Below are positions 8,763 through 17,383 of a DNA stretch of 57,230 nt, one piece after another. This stretch comes from Candidatus Nanohalarchaeota archaeon (GTDB lineage Archaea > EX4484-52 > B79-G9). Each line of letters starts with the position of its first letter. Position 1 is the first letter of the stretch. A program made the translations under genes and the position numbers. Location of the stretch: contig DAOWAN010000002.1 in NCBI GenBank assembly GCA_030634545.1, positions 1 to 57,230 of the forward strand. Direction: 5' to 3'. The notes under the pieces were generated by a model that was given only the letters and a program-made list of their open reading frames with translations, searched no databases and was not told the origin of the DNA.

Positions 8763-9005
8763 TTAAATCAGCTCATTTCTTAATGATTTTAATTTCTGTT
8801 TATTTGTTATCATATCTATATTAACAAAATGTTTTGATATTATTTTATTATTCCAAAGTTTTCTTGGTGGATATACTTCCAATAATTCTATATGTTTATT
8901 TCCTGTTACTCCATTAAACGATGTTCTCCAATAATATCCAATAACATTTTCTTTTGTTCCGTCATTAAATGTTATCTCAAATTCCCAAAGTTCTCCTTTC
9001 TTCAT
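8763..9005 (-). CDS. hypothetical protein (80 aa)
   Basis: ATG ORF preceded by AGGTGATATGA-ATG (strong SD). Confidence 0.6.
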   Translation of the reverse strand: MKKGELWEFEITFNDGTKENVIGYYWRTSFNGVTGNKHIELLEVYPPRKLWNNKIISKHFVNIDMITNKQKLKSLRNELI

Positions 9006-9017
9006 TCATATCACCTT

Positions 9018-9119
9018 TCAATATTCTATTTGTGGACTTGGACAATGACACTCTAAACATCTACAACAATACTTGCAAACTTCACAATCTTTTCCACAAC
9101 CTTCACAATGTCCTTTCAT
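9018..9119 (-). CDS. Cys-rich mini-protein (33 aa, 10 Cys; not in the ORF track)
   Basis: Hand-translated as MKGHCEGCGKDCEVCKYCCRCLECHCPSPQIEY. It starts 2 nt after the upstream stop. Confidence 0.4.
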   Translation of the reverse strand: MKGHCEGCGKDCEVCKYCCRCLECHCPSPQIEY

Positions 9120-9121
9120 TT

Positions 9122-10318
9122 TCAATAAGCGTCTTCAAAGCTCTTTAGCCACCAGTCTGTCAGCAGATACTTGTCTTCTGTTGTCAAAGCATTGACCATG
9201 TCTGGATATTTTAACAGGTCTTTCCCTGTCTTGACCAGAGATTTTATCTTGGACAGCAGTTCCCTGCTCTTCTTCAGACGATTCTCTGGCATAGCACCAG
9301 ATATGTCCTTCATTATCTCTGTCAGTTCTGCGTTAATCTTGGTGTTCTCTGCAATGTTTTTCGCAATACTTTTCATTGTTTTCTTGTTCTCGACCAAAAC
9401 TGGGATGTGTACGTTCAAATCCCTTGCTAGTGTTCCTGAGTATTGAGTTAGTTGTGTCATGTTTATCGTTTGCATTTGTAATAGTTGAAACATATCTTTT
9501 ATTGTTAGTGGTTGCCTTAAAAAAGCGTCCCACCATTCAGGGTCATCTGTGCCGAGACTAGGCTCTGGTGACGTATCTGCCCATGCGTGGGCTTCCTTGT
9601 CAGGGTCTTTTGGCGTTATCTTTTCCCTTAATTTATTTAATTTTACAGTAATCTGGTCTCCTTTTTGTAATTTCTTTTCTACGACTTCGTCGGTAACTTC
9701 AATGTGGATGTCTTCACAATATGCGTTTTCCCTGTCAACAGTCAAGCCGTGCCTTTTGAAAAAAGCATAAGTGTATTGGATGACCAAATCTGCAATCTCT
9801 TTAATCTTTTTTGCATCTGTTATCTTTCGGCTCTTCACAAAAGCTGTTATGCTCTTATTGTTATTGTTCCTGAATTTTATCCTGAATGGTTTGTCTTTGT
9901 CAAGATACTGGGGCTTCCATCCCTTCAATCCTTTTTTTGGTTCGTAACCACCAAGTTCTGTAAAATCTATAAATCCATCAATGATTGGGAAGTAAAAATT
10001 ATACTTGTGCAAATCTGCTTGTTTTCTCTTTAATTTGAAAATCCTCTCGTCTTGGTCAACGTTATCAACATCTCTATCGTCAATTTTTTTACTTCTTAAC
10101 TTTATCAAGCCTTTTTCTGTAATCTGCCATGTTCCGTATCCAAGCTTTTTGATTAAACTTTCTTCTTTAAGCTGTCGTGCATAATAATTGAGTTTCTGTT
10201 TGCTGATATTGTGTTTTTTAGCTATATTATTTAATGTTTGTTTGTAGTTAAGTTTTAACTCTAATAATATAGTAAAGTAAAAATTATTTTTATTGTATTT
10301 TATCGTCAATAACCCCAC
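9122..10318 (-). CDS. wHTH-domain protein (398 aa); candidate regulator or replication initiator
   Basis: N-terminal LNNIAKKHNISKQKLNYYARQLKEESLIKKLGYGTWQITEKG is MarR/ArsR-like wHTH. The C-terminal two-thirds is unassigned. The start may be the TTG after the AGGTGG SD. Confidence 0.7.
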   Translation of the reverse strand: MGLLTIKYNKNNFYFTILLELKLNYKQTLNNIAKKHNISKQKLNYYARQLKEESLIKKLGYGTWQITEKGLIKLRSKKIDDRDVDNVDQDERIFKLKRKQADLHKYNFYFPIIDGFIDFTELGGYEPKKGLKGWKPQYLDKDKPFRIKFRNNNNKSITAFVKSRKITDAKKIKEIADLVIQYTYAFFKRHGLTVDRENAYCEDIHIEVTDEVVEKKLQKGDQITVKLNKLREKITPKDPDKEAHAWADTSPEPSLGTDDPEWWDAFLRQPLTIKDMFQLLQMQTINMTQLTQYSGTLARDLNVHIPVLVENKKTMKSIAKNIAENTKINAELTEIMKDISGAMPENRLKKSRELLSKIKSLVKTGKDLLKYPDMVNALTTEDKYLLTDWWLKSFEDAY

Positions 10319-10326
10319 CTAATTTT

Positions 10327-10710
10327 TTACTTCTTAACGTTGTTTGTTAACTTTTTACTTCTTTTTAACTTTTTCAACATTGGTTCTATTATTTCAACAT
10401 GAAGTTTTTTATGACATAAATAACATAAACTTATTATGTTGTTTTTAACTTTTCCACCTGATGATTTTGGCAATATATGGTGTTTTTCTATATGTTCATA
10501 ACTACTACAAAAAAGATATGTGTCAAGTTTGTAAATTTTATTATATTTCTTTAAAACTTTTTTTTGCCCAAGCTTTCTTAAAACACGGTATATATAAGAT
10601 TTGGAACAATTTTTTATTTGACTTATTTTTTTTACTTCTTTTATTACTTTATATAAATCTAAAATTTCTTTTTCTCCTTTTGTTAAATCATATTCTGTAT
10701 ATTCTATCAT
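10327..10710 (-). CDS. HNH endonuclease with N-terminal HTH
   Basis: EKHHILPKSSGGKVKNNIISLCYLCHKKLH matches the HNH motif (HH..P...GG...N...LC..CH..H). N-terminal SKSYIYRVLRKL looks like an HTH. Confidence 0.8.
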   Translation of the reverse strand: MIEYTEYDLTKGEKEILDLYKVIKEVKKISQIKNCSKSYIYRVLRKLGQKKVLKKYNKIYKLDTYLFCSSYEHIEKHHILPKSSGGKVKNNIISLCYLCHKKLHVEIIEPMLKKLKRSKKLTNNVKK

Positions 10711-10904
10711 TTTGAACCTTCTCTCAATACCTGCAACAGCTTCAGATTATACGCTTTTGTGTAATATTCTTTTAATTTCTTGTCTTCAAATATGAACTGC
10801 AAGTTGCTAAACGAGTCTATCAAGACCTCTATCTTAAAATACATGCTTTCTATTAACAACAGTTGTATCTCGATATACGGTGTCATTCTTTGCGGTTCAA
10901 ACAT
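10707..10904 (-). CDS. hypothetical protein (65 aa)
   Basis: ATG ORF with a 4-nt overlap onto the HNH gene. Confidence 0.5.
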   Translation of the reverse strand: MFEPQRMTPYIEIQLLLIESMYFKIEVLIDSFSNLQFIFEDKKLKEYYTKAYNLKLLQVLREGSK

Positions 10905-11254
10905 GGCTCACATTTCCCACATGGAAATATGTCATCTTCTACGCATTCTTGTTTTCCCATTTTTTCATCCATCCTTTGAATTTGTTATAAACGTTTTCTA
11001 AAAAATCAATCCACTTGCCTGTCCAACACATTGAAAAATCAATAATCTTTTCCTCTATCTTCATTTTCTAATACTTTTTTTCTTCTTGTTCTTGCAATCT
11101 GGACAATATAATGTCCGTGAGTATTTTGCCGTGAATCTTTTCTTGCACAGCACACATACAGGTCTTACTTTGTATAATTTTGCCATTATTGTTATTTTCT
11201 CACTCTTAATAAATGAAGTATCAATTCTTCTGCTTTCTTTAGTATTTTCATCAT

Positions 11255-12142
11255 TTACTCTGTTTTTTCAAAAAAACATATCACAGTTTTGTTATCATAA
11301 TAAATATCCTTCATCAAACTTTGCCTATCATCATAGACAGCAATAACTCGTTCATTGATGAAAAAACCTGATGTCCTCTGGTATATCGCCTTCTTCATTA
11401 TGTATCCATAACTTGATAAATAATTTAAGAAACCATCCATAGTGATGCCAAACTTTTTCAATGCTTTCGGATGTATTTCAATAAACAATTTTCTTGGTGC
11501 ATATCTGCCTTTCAATAGTTTCTTCGCACCCTGCAATATATGATATTCATATCCTTCCGTGTCCATACGCAGATAGTCAACCTTCTCTTTTATTACATCA
11601 TCCAACTTAATAGTATCAACCTCTATCTCCTCAACATAATTTTCTTGTCTAACAAAACTTCCTGCATTACAATGTTCAGTTATGTAGAATGTTGATTTTC
11701 CTTTACTATCTGAGATTGCCTTGTTGTATAGTTTAACTCTATGTTGGACTTTATTCACCACTAAATTCTTTTCCAGAACCTCGAAATTGTCTGGATTAGG
11801 TTCAAATGCTATTACTTTACTATTTTTGCAGTTGATTAGTTCCATGATTGCGTAATAACCAAGATTAGCACCAACCTCCAAAAAAGTCATGCCGTCTTCC
11901 ATATCACTTAAAAAATATTCTGTTGCTAAAGTTTCCCTTTTGCCACGCAATAATAACTGTCTTGACAACCCTAAATCCTTTTTCATCACATACATCTTGT
12001 AGTTGTTTACAGGAATTAATAATGAATCTCCGTTAAACTTATCCATCATTGTCTTGTATCTTCTTTTTGCTTTGATTAAATCAAAAGGATTGTATAAATA
12101 ACCATACCTAATATTTCTGGAAATCAGCTTGACTTTTTTCAT
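11255..12142 (-). CDS. FkbM-family SAM-dependent methyltransferase
   Basis: FLEVGANLGYYAI (SAM motif I), AFEPNPDNFEVLEKNL and VDYLRMDTEGYEYHILQGAKKLL match the FkbM-family signature (DvGAN.G / EP.p..f..L / lKiDvEG.E..vL.G). Confidence 0.8.
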   Translation of the reverse strand: MKKVKLISRNIRYGYLYNPFDLIKAKRRYKTMMDKFNGDSLLIPVNNYKMYVMKKDLGLSRQLLLRGKRETLATEYFLSDMEDGMTFLEVGANLGYYAIMELINCKNSKVIAFEPNPDNFEVLEKNLVVNKVQHRVKLYNKAISDSKGKSTFYITEHCNAGSFVRQENYVEEIEVDTIKLDDVIKEKVDYLRMDTEGYEYHILQGAKKLLKGRYAPRKLFIEIHPKALKKFGITMDGFLNYLSSYGYIMKKAIYQRTSGFFINERVIAVYDDRQSLMKDIYYDNKTVICFFEKTE

Positions 12143-12585
12143 TTTCTCTAAAACTACTCCTTTATCTACATAAACAATAACCTATTGCTACTGCAATTAA
12201 TACATATAATATCATCAATAAAACTGATTTTAATTCATCGTTCATTATTATGCTCGTTTTTCTTTATTGTCATTTGTTTGGAGTTATTGACACTTTGTTT
12301 TCAATCAGTATAAATTCTTCTCATATAATCACAATCAAGACAAACTTTATACATCATTCCTTTAACCTCTTTTCCATAATTATCCTTATGTTTACAAATA
12401 TTCATCTAATGCTCATTATTTACCAAAATCTTTAACACCTTTCTTTATCCAACTTCTTGATTATTTCCTGTTGATTACTTATTATTGTAATTATACCTAT
12501 TGGAAATACTATACCACAAAAAACTGTATAAAAAATCTCTAACAATTCTCCTTTTTTAAATCCTTTCAACTTCATCACCTTTTAA

Positions 12586-12822
12586 TTAAGACCCTTTGTT
12601 TTCACATTGACAATAATCATTTATTTTAAGTTTTTTGGCATAAACCTTAATTGATTTTTTACATCTACTACATCTTTGTACCATTATTGACCCTTTGTTT
12701 TCACATTGACAATAATAATTTATTTTAAGTTTTTTGGCATAAACCTTAATTGATTTTTTACATCTACTACATCTTTGTACCATTATTGACCTTTTTTTAA
12801 GTAAACACATAATCAGATACAT
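12586..12822 (-). CDS. tandemly duplicated Zn-ribbon mini-domain protein
   Basis: Two in-frame 33-aa units (I)MVQRCSRCKKSIKVYAKKLKIN(Y/D)YCQCENKGS. The likely start is the first MVQR at 12783. Confidence 0.5.
   Translation of the reverse strand: MYLIMCLLKKRSIMVQRCSRCKKSIKVYAKKLKINYYCQCENKGSIMVQRCSRCKKSIKVYAKKLKINDYCQCENKGS
12590..12787. repeat. 2 x 99-bp perfect-phase tandem duplication (one mismatch)
   Basis: Unit 12590-12688 is repeated at 12689-12787 and differs at one base (aataatc vs aataata). The next 4 nt (gacc) start a third unit and then diverge. Confidence 0.9.
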
Positions 12823-13159
12823 CTCTGATTTGTTTAATTGTCATTGTAATTAACTTTCTTGAGATTTCCTCAATTAATTCGCATTTCTCTTGTGGCTTTG
12901 AACCGTTCTTATGATACTTTCCACAAGTTCCACACATATATCTTGACTTGTATGCTATTGACATTTTATTTACAATCCAAATTCTTTCTTGAAACCTTTT
13001 AATTCAGCAAGTCTGTCATTTCTTCTAAGTTTTTCATAACTACCGCCCTTTTTATTTTTAAGCACGCTTCAGATAAGGTGATTCTTTTTGACCTAAGCCA
13101 GCAAGCTTATCTTCGGCGTGTCTCTTAAATTCTCATCAAGTCCCACAGACTTGTTTCTT

Positions 13160-13381
13160 TCAATACGGATTCCCAGTAGCCCATGAGTCGCACCTGCATA
13201 CATATTCATAATGAAAATCATCATCAACAAAACGGTACAGATGCCTTTCTCTTTCTATCTCAACATTAACATCCATGTTCAATAGATAAACATATCTTAC
13301 CTTGTTATCATCTTCCATCAAACATATATCATCTATTGAAAGTTCTCTCGGGATTCCGCTTTGCTGATTATTTTCTGTCAT
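13160..13381 (-). CDS. hypothetical acidic protein (73 aa)
   Basis: ATG ORF from the track. Confidence 0.55.
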   Translation of the reverse strand: MTENNQQSGIPRELSIDDICLMEDDNKVRYVYLLNMDVNVEIERERHLYRFVDDDFHYEYVCRCDSWATGNPY

Positions 13382-13386
13382 TATTC

Positions 13387-13593
13387 TTATAGTTTTTTCT
13401 GGGTGTTCTTTACTTCAACACTTACACCTTTTGCACCCTGTTTTAAGTCAAATTCAGTCTCTTCCCTAGTCAAAGTTACCTTTAAGTCGTCTTTAACCAG
13501 TTGTACTGTGTGTGTTGTTGTCTCGCCTTTATCTGTCTCTGTTATTTTTTCCTCTACCTTATTTACAGTTAGGTCATCTAATTTCATGTTCAT
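13387..13593 (-). CDS. hypothetical protein (66-68 aa)
   Basis: ORF preceded by AGGTGAT. The second ATG (13587) has the better SD spacing. Confidence 0.55.
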   Translation of the reverse strand: MNMKLDDLTVNKVEEKITETDKGETTTHTVQLVKDDLKVTLTREETEFDLKQGAKGVSVEVKNTQKKL

Positions 13594-13601
13594 ATCACCT
13601 T

Positions 13602-14018
13602 TTATTTTATTTCACAAACTTCTTTTTTTGTTTTGACAATACATGTTTTTCCTACTTCATTACTATACCCATAAATTACTTTTTTTCCTAGTGCATCATA
13701 TTCAACTACTCTAACTCCATCTTCACAAAGAATCTCTGTATTAAAAGGAAAAGTTCTTATTGGGTCAAAAACACTTTTTATTGTAAACGCCTCTGTTTTT
13801 GTTTCTGTATGGCAGACCCTTTTCGGCATGCCTGCTAATTGTTCTTTTAGTTCAGCTATGTCACTGCTAAGTACCTGTGTAAAAGCAACTGTTACTACAA
13901 CCAAAACAACAGCTACTAATAGAACAGTCAGATGACTCGTTTTAGTTTCTTCTAAGTTTTTAATCCTGTCCCTCAAATAATCAATTCTTTTATCCTGTTC
14001 GTTTCTTTTTTTTACCAT
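13602..14018 (-). CDS. single-pass membrane protein with Cys-containing ectodomain (138 aa)
   Basis: MVKKRNEQDKRIDYLRDRIKNLEE, then a TM (LTVLLVAVVLVVVTVAF), then a 4-Cys domain. SD GGTGATTTAATC-ATG. The track start at 14036 overlaps the upstream gene. Confidence 0.65.
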   Translation of the reverse strand: MVKKRNEQDKRIDYLRDRIKNLEETKTSHLTVLLVAVVLVVVTVAFTQVLSSDIAELKEQLAGMPKRVCHTETKTEAFTIKSVFDPIRTFPFNTEILCEDGVRVVEYDALGKKVIYGYSNEVGKTCIVKTKKEVCEIK

Positions 14019-14020
14019 GA

Positions 14021-14467
14021 TTAAATCACCTTCCACATATTATTTTCATTAAATAATTCTTTTACCAATATTTTTTTAATGCAAGTAGTCTCATTGTAAA
14101 ATTCAAGAACTGGTTGTGCTGTCTCGTCTTCATAACATATAGTTTCATTATAAGCACACCCACCTGTTATATAATAATACCAACATTCCTCTTTACAAAC
14201 TATTGGCTGTACTATATTGTACTTTTCAACAGTTTCGTATTCATAGCATTCTTCTTCCCATAATTCCATTTGTTTTTGCCAATCAAATACTTCACCTAAC
14301 TTTCCTTTTATGAACTCTGCTGTGTCTTCAACATCTTCTATCATACCATGTTGTGCAACAATACCAGAAATATTTATTATAATGAGAAGTATTGTAAAGA
14401 CAACCAATAGACCAATAGATGCTTTTTCTCTTTCTAATTTATCTACTCTTTTCATAATTTTTTTCAT
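14021..14467 (-). CDS. single-pass membrane protein with Cys-rich ectodomain (148 aa)
   Basis: MKKIMKRVDKLEREK, then a TM (IGLLVVFTILLIIINISGIV), then a Cys/Tyr/Glu-rich domain. Same architecture as the downstream gene. Confidence 0.65.
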   Translation of the reverse strand: MKKIMKRVDKLEREKASIGLLVVFTILLIIINISGIVAQHGMIEDVEDTAEFIKGKLGEVFDWQKQMELWEEECYEYETVEKYNIVQPIVCKEECWYYYITGGCAYNETICYEDETAQPVLEFYNETTCIKKILVKELFNENNMWKVI

Positions 14468-15072
14468 GCTACCACCTTTGTTAATTTAGTCTGAACATCA
14501 TCATATCTCATGAGTAATTTATCAGGGAAGCTGTACGTCTCTTCATTGACCAAGATTGTTGCGTCTGTGTAATCATTTGTCTTGTACTCATTAGTCTTAT
14601 CCTGAACCCTGATTAAACCATTGTCTTCGCAAAAATCTTTCAATATATTTACAGTGAGGACACCAGTATAGATGGCTTTAGGATGCCTTATGTTCTGCAA
14701 CGTCTTCAGCATGTTCCTGTCTGGCGTGTAGATTGCTCTCGGCTCATCCCTCTTGCAGAACAACAGCTTACATTTTTTCTTCATGGCAAACGCCAGATAC
14801 TCTTTATTGATAGATTCACCAGTGCCTAGTATTGCGTTCTTCTGCTTGGAATAGTGCTTAAAAACGTTGTTGAATGCCCTGAATTCGTACTTCTTGAACA
14901 AGTAATAGAAGTTCTGCTCTTTGTTGACATCTGGAATCATAGTCCGTATCAAAGTGTGACCAAAGCGGTTGGTGTGTGCGTTCCTTACCTCTTTGTAGCC
15001 ACGTTCCCGTAATAAATTCATTACAAAAGCTCTTGCAGAGTCCTTGTTCCAGTACGTCTGTTTAATTTTCAT
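14464..15072 (-). CDS. hypothetical protein (202 aa)
   Basis: ATG ORF coupled to both neighbours by 4-nt overlaps. No reliable motif. Confidence 0.7.
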   Translation of the reverse strand: MKIKQTYWNKDSARAFVMNLLRERGYKEVRNAHTNRFGHTLIRTMIPDVNKEQNFYYLFKKYEFRAFNNVFKHYSKQKNAILGTGESINKEYLAFAMKKKCKLLFCKRDEPRAIYTPDRNMLKTLQNIRHPKAIYTGVLTVNILKDFCEDNGLIRVQDKTNEYKTNDYTDATILVNEETYSFPDKLLMRYDDVQTKLTKVVA

Positions 15073-15263
15073 TCTATTGGCACATATTTATGAATAAGAT
15101 AGGTCACGATGACCCCTAATATCATTGACACAGGTATCAAGCCTAGCATGTAAAGACTGTAATAGTAAATGTTTATCTTGATAATCTCTAATAATATGAA
15201 AAATATACTTATTGACAGTATAATCCAGACACCCAGATATGATATTTTTTCTTTAATTTTCAT
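15069..15263 (-). CDS. small membrane protein (64 aa, 2 TM)
   Basis: YLGVWIILSISIFFILLEII and LYMLGLIPVSMILGVIVTYLI are hydrophobic helices. Confidence 0.6.
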   Translation of the reverse strand: MKIKEKISYLGVWIILSISIFFILLEIIKINIYYYSLYMLGLIPVSMILGVIVTYLIHKYVPIE

Positions 15264-15538
15264 TTCAGCCCCAGCTTTTTGTATATATTAGGGTGATGTT
15301 CTTTCATATTGTAAGCATCAAGAATGTCTTTCACTTCTTTCTTTGACAGATATTCTTTTTTCCTTCCAATGAACATCCCTTTAGTTGATATTGAATTCAA
15401 TCTAACAAAGTGCTTGTCGAGAACTTCTTTAATTTGTGTTTTACAAATAGTGCTTTTATCACAGTCAGCACATTTATCTTGAGGGATAATCCTCTTAAAC
15501 TCAGGATATTCTTCATCTAATGTTTTTTCTTTGCTCAT
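15260..15538 (-). CDS. hypothetical protein with CxxC...C motif (92 aa)
   Basis: ATG ORF with KCADCDKSTIC. Confidence 0.6.
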   Translation of the reverse strand: MSKEKTLDEEYPEFKRIIPQDKCADCDKSTICKTQIKEVLDKHFVRLNSISTKGMFIGRKKEYLSKKEVKDILDAYNMKEHHPNIYKKLGLK

Positions 15539-15548
15539 TTTTCTTCAA

Positions 15549-15716
15549 TTAAATTTTTTTAGATAATCTTGTTGTATTGTCAGTGTCAAATCCTTCAAAT
15601 TCTTTTAATAACTGATTAATCTCTTGATGTGGAATATTATACCTTTTCTTGAGTTCAAAGATTACTTTCTTTAAAACATCTCTTTGTGCGTATCTTATCC
15701 CTCTAATTCGTCCCAT
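15549..15716 (-). CDS. hypothetical small protein (55 aa)
   Basis: First ATG (MGRIRGIRYAQ...). The track ORF starts at a TTG (15758) that overlaps the upstream gene by 26 nt. Confidence 0.45.
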   Translation of the reverse strand: MGRIRGIRYAQRDVLKKVIFELKKRYNIPHQEINQLLKEFEGFDTDNTTRLSKKI

Positions 15717-15732
15717 TTTTTCTTTCTCTTTT

Positions 15733-16287
15733 TCAACAATCAAACAGATTTTGGTCAACTACACAATATATAATGTCATTCCTGCTATAATCATAGATTA
15801 TGTTGAACACATGGTCATTTGTGAATGCGTAATTTGTATCATAGCCCAGATTCGTGAATATGCTGTCATACATCACTGCGTAATCCCTGCATATCCCACC
15901 GCTTTCCTTAATCATCTCAGCAGATTTGACAACATATCCACCACGTTCATCTTTGCTGTAATTAAAGAAACTGTTGACCTGCGAAACAACGCACTCAACC
16001 TGTTCTTTGCTAGTCATGTTAAAATTGCAGAAATTGGTTATGTCAACAACAACAGAATCGTTCCTGCCGTACATCGCATATAAATCGAAGATTGGTGTGC
16101 CGAGCATATTATTCATTGTTATCGGGTAAAATTTGCTGACAATCACAATAAAAGATGTCATTGTAAGTGCAACAAAAATGAAAATTATTGCAAAAACCTG
16201 AAAAATCGTGTTTTTCCTTCTCTTTTTTTCCTCAGTCAGTCTTTCTTTAAGATAATTTTTGGCTTGTTGTTTGTTCATTTTTACCAT
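15733..16287 (-). CDS. membrane-anchored transglutaminase-like cysteine peptidase candidate
   Basis: Basic N-terminus, then a TM (IFQVFAIIFIFVALTMTSFIVIV). GGICRDYAVMYDSIFTNLGYDTNYAF.NDHVFNII fits the transglutaminase-core pattern G.C.dfA..f..l.r.lG...r.v....HaW. Confidence 0.6.
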   Translation of the reverse strand: MVKMNKQQAKNYLKERLTEEKKRRKNTIFQVFAIIFIFVALTMTSFIVIVSKFYPITMNNMLGTPIFDLYAMYGRNDSVVVDITNFCNFNMTSKEQVECVVSQVNSFFNYSKDERGGYVVKSAEMIKESGGICRDYAVMYDSIFTNLGYDTNYAFTNDHVFNIIYDYSRNDIIYCVVDQNLFDC

Positions 16288-16910
16288 TTATATTTTGTGT
16301 CTTTTTTCAATTTCTTTAGTTCAGGGATGCCTGCAATCTTTTCAAGTTCTTCAACTCTTTCATCAACAGCTTCCTGCCATTTTTTGTCTGCTTCTTTTCT
16401 GCCTTGATTAAAAGCACTTTTTTGAAGTTCTATGCTTCTTTTTTTCTCAACTTCTTTTCCTTTCTCAAAAGCTTTTTTGCAATGCCTGTGTAACTTTTTT
16501 CTATATGAAACCATACCAACACCACAATGTTCGCATTTTTTATTTCCCATTATATCTGACCTCTTGAATAAATATAAGTCACGATGTTCTTCTCTGGTGC
16601 TACATGATAGAAGGGTGTCAGTGACCGCCTGTTCTTCAGCTTCTTCTTCGTCATCATGACCCTGTTCCCTTTCCTGGTCGGCTTCTTGAGTTGCTTCAGT
16701 GAACGTTGCACGCTTATCAAGTTCAATTTTGTTATGTGTGCCAGCATCTTTGAAGTGTATGCCTTTGTCTTCTTCTTTTTCAATAAGTTGTAAATCTTGT
16801 TCTCGTTCATAATAACTGGTTGTGTTCTGAACAGCTTTGAGATATGCCCCATAGTGAGCCGTTGTACTGTTGTGACAGCACTTCTTTGAGCCATCTATCG
16901 AACTGGTCAA
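16281..16910 (-). CDS. hypothetical protein with acidic central region and C-terminal Zn-ribbon/coiled coil (209 aa; 5' end problematic)
   Basis: This frame has A/T-rich third positions, unlike the competing 16550-16894 frame. It contains CEHCG...HRHC. There is no ATG before codon 121, the track start is a TTG without an SD, and a well-placed SD+ATG at 16926 is in another frame. Confidence 0.55.
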   Translation of the reverse strand: MTSSIDGSKKCCHNSTTAHYGAYLKAVQNTTSYYEREQDLQLIEKEEDKGIHFKDAGTHNKIELDKRATFTEATQEADQEREQGHDDEEEAEEQAVTDTLLSCSTREEHRDLYLFKRSDIMGNKKCEHCGVGMVSYRKKLHRHCKKAFEKGKEVEKKRSIELQKSAFNQGRKEADKKWQEAVDERVEELEKIAGIPELKKLKKDTKYKW

Positions 16911-17090
16911 AAGTTAATTGTATCATTTTTTCATCACCTTTTTTTAAGTTAAATCTGGAATATCATCAAACTTTATATCAAATAAATTACATTCATTAGG
17001 ACACTTTATAATAAATTCTTCCTGTGTTGTGTCAAGTTCAAAATCTTCTATATTAAATTCCTCTCCACACAATTCACATGTTTTTTTCAT

Positions 17091-17327
17091 TCACTCACCA
17101 ATCCATTCATAAACTGTTCTTTTGTTAAGTTTATACTCTTTCAGATAACCTTTTTCAAGCATATATTCAATTACTTGAGTTATGACTTGATAATTGAGTG
17201 TTTTGTCAGCTTCCTGTTCAATAGTCCTTTTGTCAACAATCTTTTTCTCTTTACAGATGTTCTTGATTGTCTCAAAAGTGTCCATTGTAAACTTGTACTT
17301 CTTTTCGTTTGTTTTTTTTTCTGTCAT
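17091..17327 (-). CDS. winged-helix DNA-binding protein candidate (78 aa)
   Basis: KRTIEQEADKTLNYQVITQVIEYMLEKGYLKEYKLNKRTVYEW has a wHTH pattern. Confidence 0.6.
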   Translation of the reverse strand: MTEKKTNEKKYKFTMDTFETIKNICKEKKIVDKRTIEQEADKTLNYQVITQVIEYMLEKGYLKEYKLNKRTVYEWIGE

Positions 17328-17357
17328 TTTTAATCTTATGAATTTATCAGATATTTA

Positions 17358-17372
17358 TTATTTATATATATT
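17358..17372 (-). promoter_or_regulatory. possible TATA-box promoter for 17091-17327
   Basis: The coding strand reads AATATATATAAATAA about 30-35 nt upstream of the ATG at 17327, inside a 56-bp gap. Confidence 0.35.
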
Positions 17373-17383
17373 GTTATTCTTGA

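Noticed and set aside
15649-16083. 144-aa plus-strand ORF
   Set aside because: It is an antisense shadow of the transglutaminase-like gene and its neighbour, inside an otherwise uniform minus-strand operon.
16550-16894. 114-aa ORF that looked like a wHTH regulator, chained by ATGA and TAATG overlaps
   Set aside because: In a sampled stretch its third codon positions are mostly G/C (about 28 of 39), and it uses AAG, AGG and CGG heavily. This is the opposite of the genome-wide A/T third-position bias. The overlapping 16281-16910 frame fits the bias.
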